Of a DNA stretch of 64,000 bases, positions 57,081 through 64,000 are shown in pieces; positions within the stretch are counted from its first letter, which is position 1; each line of letters starts with the position of its first letter. The stretch covers positions 1,612,001 to 1,676,000 of the forward strand of contig NC_067400.1 of NCBI RefSeq assembly GCF_016432865.1. Reading direction: 5' to 3'. The DNA is from Antechinus flavipes (Eukaryota). The notes beneath the pieces were generated by a model. It was not told where the DNA came from. It did no database searches and was given only the letters and a program-made list of their open reading frames with translations. The translations under genes and the position numbers were made by a program.

Positions 57081-57167
57081 AAAGAATGGAGGGAAGACCG
57101 AAACGGAGAGTTCAAAAGGAAAGTCGCCCGCTGCGTGAGGAAAAGCCAAGAGACAGCTTTTGAGTGA
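57081..57167 (+). CDS. UBE2G1: UBE2G1 exon 5 coding part (87 nt including TGA)
   Basis: Acceptor cccttgtccccccgcag; KEWREDRNGEFKRKVARCVRKSQETAFE*; the exon continues as UTR to the donor gtgagt at 57204. Confidence 0.97.
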   Translation, partial: KEWREDRNGEFKRKVARCVRKSQETAFE

Positions 57168-58799
57168 CCTTCACCGAGCAGCTCGTAGATTCACTTTTTC
57201 AGGGTGAGTGAGGGGCTCCAAACCCATACGGGCCGGTTTTCCCCATTTAACAGTCTGTTCTAGGGCCTCGCTCCTGTGACCTCTCGGAAACCTCCAAACC
57301 ACAGTTCTATTGTGACTCTGGGACTAGCTGGCAGAACCCGCACAGAGAGATGGAGAACCAGAGGAGTTTGGACAACCCCGGGGCAGGTGACCAGCCCAGC
57401 CTCCCTCCTCAGGACCCTTGGGTGTGCTCCTGTGCTGCAAACCGGTCCCAGCAGGGATGCTTCCCTCCCAGGCGTCAGGCAGAAATGCTGCCGCGAGAAG
57501 CCTCTTGTTCCATGTGCCCCTAGTGCCTGCCCCCTCCCCCTGAAGCCATCGCCATCTCCTCTCAGTGTCCTCATCTGTCAAAGGGGAATGATCCTCGAGC
57601 CCTTCCTGCCCATGCTGCCATGGGGGTCCCCATTGCATTCGTCACTTCTCTTCCTGGCGTCTGGGCAGCTCACAGCAGCCAAAAACCAACCAAAGGAGCC
57701 GGAGAGGAGGAGGTCACAGCAGAGGTGGCCACGTGTGTGGGGGGGGCCAGCTGGGAGTAACCTAGGCAACAGCCTGGGCACCGGGCCTGCAGACACCTCC
57801 CGAGCAGGGAGGGACCAGTCTCTGGGGATCATCTGCATCCGTTCCTTGTTGCTACAAGAGGGATGTTGTCAAAAGTTAGGTAAACTGGGAACAAATCCTC
57901 ACAGAGGAACTGGCAGCAGAATCCCGTGCCGAAGTCTGGGGACTGTGCGCCGCGGCGATCCTTGAGGGAGACGAATGTTCTCGACTCTTTGATCATCAGG
58001 GGAGAGAGAAGCGGGGCTGGTTTGTTAGAAATTGAGCAGCCCCCAGATGAATTCCTAGAGGGAAAACCCAGGATGGCATGCATTTACCAGCAAATTAAAA
58101 ATATATATATCTGCATTTTAATTGAAAATATCTATCTCTATTTGACCTCACCCGAGTTATTTCTAGAGTCTTCCTTTCCCCCTCCCAGAAAGCTGATCCA
58201 CATGAACAAGTCATTTTTAGAGGGGAAAAAAATCAGCCTAACTAGTCGAGGCAACAGATCGGTCCCAGTCCCATGGGATGCGGATCCTGCGTGATTGCTT
58301 CTTTTGTCACGGTCACTCTTGCTGCTTAGTTTGGGCTCTCTCTGTTCACACGGCCATCGTCCCTGGGGCTGGGGCTTTCCTGGCTCTGCTTTGGTTCGCG
58401 GAGATCACAAGGAGTCTTCCTTCACGGCCACGGACCCCCGTTTGTTAGCCGCTCCCTGGCCGGTGGGCATCTCTTTGTTCCCGGTTTCTGGCCGTCTCTT
58501 GAAGCGCTGCTGTAGAGATTTTGGTGTGCACGGGCACTTTATTTCTCATCACAGGCCTCCTTAGGCTCTTGGCCCAGCCGGAGTGACTCCGAATCAAAGG
58601 ATATGGATGTTTTCGTGGCCTGGTGGCCGTGATTGCAAGAACACTTTGGACCATTTCACTCCCAGCACGTTCTCCCCCAAATTCAAGTGACAGCTCATCC
58701 CAGTGAGGCACAAACTGCAAGTAAAAGAACAAAAAAGGTCTTTCTCCAACATAAACATCTTCTTGGTATCTAAACCTGGGAAAGTCAAAACGAAGAAAA

Positions 58800-60040
58800 A
58801 AATCATGGACTAATTCTGAATGAACAGTGATGCACAATTTCTACACAAAATTATCACCAAGATTATTCATGAGGACTAAATTGGATTTATTCTGGGTTAG
58901 TTTAGTTATGAAAATTATAAAGATAATTGACCAACTTCATTATCATGTCAGTAGAGGCAGGAATTAAGGCTTTTGACAAAATACTATGCCCATTTGTATT
59001 TAGGAAGGGGAAAAAAAAACACTAAAAAACAGAACTAAAGGGACTTTTTGTTGACCTATTAAATGCCATCTTTTGCCGCCACACTTCCCTGTCTTTTTAC
59101 TAGCTGAATGGGTGTTGCTTCAGACAAACTGAGACCTTAGAAATGAGTCTTGGCAGTAAAACAAGGAGTAGAAATTGAGGTAATGAGTAGAAGCAGCGTC
59201 CCTTTTTGCAGACAACGGTGTACTTAAAAAACCCTAAAAAGTCAGCCGAAACTTTTGATGACAATATTAACATAAGTAAAATTATGGAATCTAAAATCCC
59301 TATAAGTATTTTGCATTTCTCTTAAGTACCATCCAAACTAGGAGGAAAAGACAAAAGATTTCCATTTACAGTAGCTGTAAGATATATAAAATACTTGGAA
59401 ATCACTGTACCAGAATGCAACCTGAAACCATTTGAATGTAATTACCAAGTGTTTTATTTAAATAAAGACCTCCTCCCCCAAATAACAAAAGCAATAAACT
59501 AATGTGTCAAAAAAAAAAGATGCTATCTAATTTAATTTACTTATTCAGTGGAGTGCCAATTAAACTAGCAATGGATGGTTTTTTTAGAGTGAGAAAAATA
59601 GATTCACCTGGCAGAATCCAGAGGCGATGATGAAAAAGGGGGAAGAAATGGAGACTGGCTGGACCAGACTTTTGGTCACACTGCAAAGCAACAATCCTAA
59701 AAAAACAAGAGGAAACTGATTGAAAAAGAAGTCCATGAGTGGACACCATTCAAAAGCACAGGAAATTCAGACCCTAGGTACTGTTTGACAGAATACGGAA
59801 AGCTGGAAGGTAATTTGACAGAAATGAGGTTTAGACCAAACGCCTTGTAACCCACAGTGTCATAAACTCCAAACAGAAACGTGATGTCAACATAAAATGT
59901 AAAATGTTTACACAAAGTGAGAGGAACGAGGAAGAAAGGACATTTCCTGTTTGTGCATAAGGGAAGATTGTGTTCAGCGTTTGGCAAATCCAGTGGGACT
60001 ATCAGAAGTAAATAGTGAACGCAGAGAAGCCTTTGCCATG
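58800..60040 (+). mobile_element. Ancient L1 ORF2 fragments in UBE2G1 intron 5
   Basis: A-rich degenerate RT-region sequence (aaggcttttgacaaaata...; gcagacaacggtgtacttaaaaaaccct; ccaattaaactagcaatgg). Confidence 0.65.
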
Positions 60041-63000
60041 AGCTGTCTTGGATCAGGGTCTCAGAGAAGTGGATTCAAAGCGTGAAGACCGGGAACCTTT
60101 TCCCAGTTGAGAGATGGGAGTAAGCTGGCATTGGAGGCAAAAATCTAAGCCCCCCAAAGCCATTGGGGGAGGGGGAGCAATCCAGATTAGCAGCAGCTGC
60201 TGGAGTAAAACACTGAGGCTTCTCTCGAGATTCCACCTGGCACAAATGGCGGCAGTTCCCAGAAGTCCTAGCCCGGTGGAGCCGTGACTCAGAGGATTTC
60301 TGCCCAGAGCGTGTGGCCCCAGGAAAGCGAAGGAAGAAGGAAAAGACGCCCCAGAAGTACTTGCGACCCAGGGCCCAAGGGGCTGCCCTGAGCCGGTTAC
60401 ATGGCGGAACAGGTAGAAAATCGATCCAAAGAGACGGAAGGAAGCGATGTATTTGTTATCCGCCTGGTGTTCTAGCTGAGTGACTGCCAAAGAAAGAATC
60501 GGGTTATTGTGGCGTTCTGCTTTTGAGGGCGCCAGCTTGTCCAAGAGGCACCTGTGTGGACAGGACGGGGGAAAGGACGTGGGCACAGGCGAGAACCTCT
60601 CCGCTGGTTGGTCAACGGGGCTTTGGGGAGCAGAGGACGCCGGTGGGCAGGCGGTGATCCCTCCTCAGTCTGATCGTCCCACGGGCAGACTGTTGGACAC
60701 AGGCAGCGTCTGGTTGGCGATGTGGGACTTGGGAGACGGCACGAGTTCCCCGGGGGAATAGCCTTGAGCTGCCCCCACAAGTCAGGGCCATTCCTCTGCT
60801 GTGGACTTTACAAGAACTGAGAAGTAGCCATGGACGCACAGGCCCGGCAGAGGGGGACGGGCACAAGAGGAGTGGGTCAGAGTAACTTGGGGTGGGGGTG
60901 GGGGGGAGGCAGCAGTGCTCCTGATCACAGAGCACTCTCCACACTAGGCCCTGGAGGGAAGCTCTTTGCCCCTCACGCTGCCTGATTTTATAGTCGGGAA
61001 GACTGAGGCAGACAGGTGAAGCAGTATTCTTAGAGTTCCTCAGTTCTGTCTGAGGCTGGATTTGAAGCAGGCTCCCCTTGCTGCCTCTTTTATTTTGTGG
61101 GTGCACTGTGCTGCTCCTGCAGCTCCAGACCTCTTGTCCTTGGGGCCGGCCTCCCGCTCTGGGGGAAGCTGCCCTGGCTGGAGAGGTCCCGAGGTCACTC
61201 TCCCTGCCCCTCCTGGGCTCCAAGCTGTCTCTCACCTTTCACCTTAAAAGAGCTTCCTCCAGTTTCTTCTGAAGAACAGAATGCCCTTTTCTGCCGGCCC
61301 CCAAATCCTTGCTGTGAGGTCCCCCAGTCCCCGTTTCTCTGCTGGGAGTCTGTCTGGATGTGCCTTGTTCCCATGATTCCTTATAGCTCAAGTCAGGACC
61401 TGAATGGGAACTCTGCCTCAGACCCTGGCTTACCGGCTGGGAAGCCCCTGTGTCTCGGTTTCCTGATTTGTAAAACAGGGACCTTTTTGTCTTGTGCTCC
61501 CCTTGCTCATTAGCCTCCCTTATCACAGTGACAGTATGATTTTCAGAGCACGCCGACCACGTGACGCAGAGACGGTGGGTTTGCTGCCACGTCCGTTGGG
61601 AGATTTTCCCCTTTGGATGGGCGCTTTGGCTGGTGGTTTCCGTCCACGTTGGAGCACCACTGAAGCGGCTTTCTCCTTCCCACTCATGCCCTTTTGGCTG
61701 ACTGGCCACACTTCAGACACACTTCTGGCCAGACCTCCCTGGTCTCTTCCCTTGTGTCCGTCACCAGAAGCCTCTGTTCAGGTTTGCTTCTGCAGTGAAA
61801 CAAGGTTCCCTAGATGGGCTCTGAGGGGGCTCCTGTGCATGGGGGCTCCTGCGTGTGCTCCTGCGTGCCCAGATGGGCTCTGAGGGACCCAGCTGTGCAG
61901 GAAGGTACCCAAGAGCAAGAGGGGCTCCCCCCCTTCTAAAAATCATGTGTTTTGCCATCTTGTTTGTCAGAGTGAAGGAAGGCGGATGTGTGAAGCCTTC
62001 GGTTTGTACCCGGCTGGTTCCCAAAGCAGCTTGCGCGGGGTTTTTGTTTTCATTGCTCCTTTTTTCTTTTTGTCTTTTTTCCCACCCCCGGTCCATTAGT
62101 TATTAATGTCAAAATGAAAACAAAATAATTTCCTGTGAGATGGCAAAGGTGGTCAGGTTCACTCCTGCTGCTCTGTTAATGGAAAGCAAGCATAAGACTT
62201 TTCCCCCTATTCCATCCTATCTGGTTTTTCTTCTAAATTCTATCCGGGATGGCCTGGAAGTTCTCTCCTGGCACCGAAAGCCCTTTTGCCTTTTGTGCTG
62301 ACTCCTGGCGCCCTGCTCGGGCACTGTAATGGACTTACAATCTGGAGATGGGCATACAGCGCAGCTCATCCATACCTGCCTTTCTCTTACTGTTCTTGGG
62401 ATAACGTTTTCCCCCAATTGCTTGTTAAAACTTTTTCATTTGTTTTTTGCTTTGAGTTCTAAATCCCTTCCTCTCTCTCCTGCCCCGTCCCCGAGATGGT
62501 AAGCACTCTGCTCTGTATGGTTCCCAAAACCTTTCCGTATGAGTCATTTTGGGCAAAAACACTCAACTTAAAAAACAAAAGTAGCCAACAGCCCACTTCA
62601 GTCTGGAATCACTTGCTGTGGGTTCTGGGGGTGGACGGTGGCGAGTCCTTTGGGATGGTCCAGGACCAGGTCCCGCTGAGAGCAGCAAAGTCACTCCCGG
62701 TCCTTCGTCCAACACTGCTGCCCTCACCGTGCCCCACGCCCTGGGATCTCCCGCTGTGGTTTGGGGAAGCCCCCCCCCCCGGCCACCTTCTTGCTCCCCA
62801 CTGACCCCCTGGAAGCATGGGGCCTCTGGCTCTCATCCATTTCAGGGAGCAGTCCATCCCTTGCCTAAGCCCTGGGGAGCCCGCTGTTCCTTTCTTTAAA
62901 ATGGGCACGGTCAGCGCCCCTCTGTCCCAGTGAGGTGGTGAGGGCTAAGGGAGGTCTCAGTGCTCCATCTCTCTGCCTTTCCTGACCCCGCGACCCCCCG

Positions 63001-63127
63001 AACGCCACGGAATGTAGGGTTTTTCGCCCGAAAGGGAGCTTCCCGAGAAACACCACCCCCCATGCCCGGCGGAGCGCCCGCTGGCTTGTAGGAGTGAGGC
63101 TGACGCCGCTGTTTGTGTTTGTCGCAG

Positions 63128-64000
63128 GTCTTCACTTGGGAAACACGGCACTCTCCCCACCTAGCTGGATTTATGTCGTAACGAGTTGGCAAACACTGGC
63201 TGCAGCTGGGCTGCCACCGACCCCGCCAGTCGCCAGTGCTGACAAGAGCTTACCAAGTGCCAACCTCGAGACGATGACGCATTTTGGATTCTGATGAACT
63301 GCTTTAACCTTCAGGAAGAACTGTAAAGACGTGTACATAGCCCAGCGCGAGCCGGAGAACACCTTGGCTGTCCACGCCCGCCCCCACCCGCGGTGTACCA
63401 AATGACGCTCTCCTAGGTAGACTAAGAATCGTGTACATTCGACAGATTTTAGCAGGTTTTCTTTCCCTCTTCGTTGTTTCTTTATCAGTTTAAAGAGACT
63501 TCTTAAAGCATGTCAGATTAAACCAATTAGGAGTAAACGTGTCCATTTAATTTTCCTTTAAACCATTGAGGCTTCATTAAACGCTTTCATTTACTAGACT
63601 TGGGTACTTTCTTTGTTGGGAAACGCCTCCCGGGCTCCCGCCCGCCCGCTTCCGATCGGGAGACTCCGACCCGCCTGAGGACCTGCCAGGGACGGCCAGC
63701 CCGCGGTGCTCTCCTCGGCACCCGATCACGCACGTCTTCGATCGGGTGTAGCAATAATCTCCCTGGCCGTCACGCGCCCGCTCTCCCGGGCCGGAGTCCG
63801 GATCGGAACTGGCCCCAGGCCTTCGGGTCCGAGTGTGGCCGGCCCGAGCCCCCCCCCCCGCCCCGACAAGTTCCTGGCCGGCAATGGAAGGCGCTGTGCT
63901 CCCCGGGCCCCCCGCTTCTCCCCCCGATGTACAAAGAAATGGCGATGTATATTTTCATGTAATTTGATTTTTGGAATTGTCACCTTCTGTAGCGGGTTCT
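63128..64000 (+). other. UBE2G1: UBE2G1 non-coding last exon (3' UTR, partial)
   Basis: Acceptor gtttgtgtttgtcgcag at 63127. The AT-rich blocks that follow resemble the human UBE2G1 3' UTR as I recall it. No other exon explains the donor at 57204. Confidence 0.8.

Larger units (their letters stand above)
39994..64000 (+). other. UBE2G1: UBE2G1 gene span (ubiquitin-conjugating enzyme E2 G1), 170 aa; 3' UTR runs off the window
   Basis: 46+103+98+179+87 = 513 nt CDS. HPN motif, catalytic Cys90 (GDVCISIL) and the acidic loop [17 protein letters not shown] of the UBE2G/CDC34 class. The protein matches human UBE2G1 as I recall it. Confidence 0.98.

Noticed and set aside
40040-63127. Intronic snoRNA, miRNA or tRNA genes in UBE2G1
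   Set aside because: No convincing C/D or H/ACA box pair, pre-miRNA hairpin or cloverleaf seen by eye; tRNA-like heads belong to SINEs. An Infernal/Rfam scan would be decisive.

Overview
Eukaryotic, intron-containing, very GC-rich mammalian DNA. The LINE-1, MAR1, MIR and L2 repeats point to a marsupial, probably a dasyurid (inference). There are two divergently transcribed genes, in the same head-to-head arrangement as at human 17p13.2. SPNS3 (minus strand) has coding exons 1-7 at 8303->2003; its later exons lie beyond the left edge. UBE2G1 (plus strand) is complete in coding terms: five coding exons at 39994-57167 give 170 aa, followed by a non-coding last exon from 63128 that runs off the right edge. 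Every exon was placed using GT-AG boundaries and phase continuity. The ~31 kb between the genes holds nested L1/HAL1-like elements, a solo LTR, SINEs, L2, a hAT-like MITE and several minisatellites. I found no new protein-coding gene and no multi-gene system; the many long ORFs in the track are by-products of GC content or repeats. Best leads: (1) a solo LTR whose ATG and splice donor are in phase with UBE2G1 exon 2; (2) a 17-bp perfect inverted repeat in SPNS3 intron 7; (3) TE copies shifted towards GC/CpG, suggesting GC-biased gene conversion, with AT-rich islands and one synonymous-site block that resist it; (4) an L1 with a young-type middle and old-type flanks.
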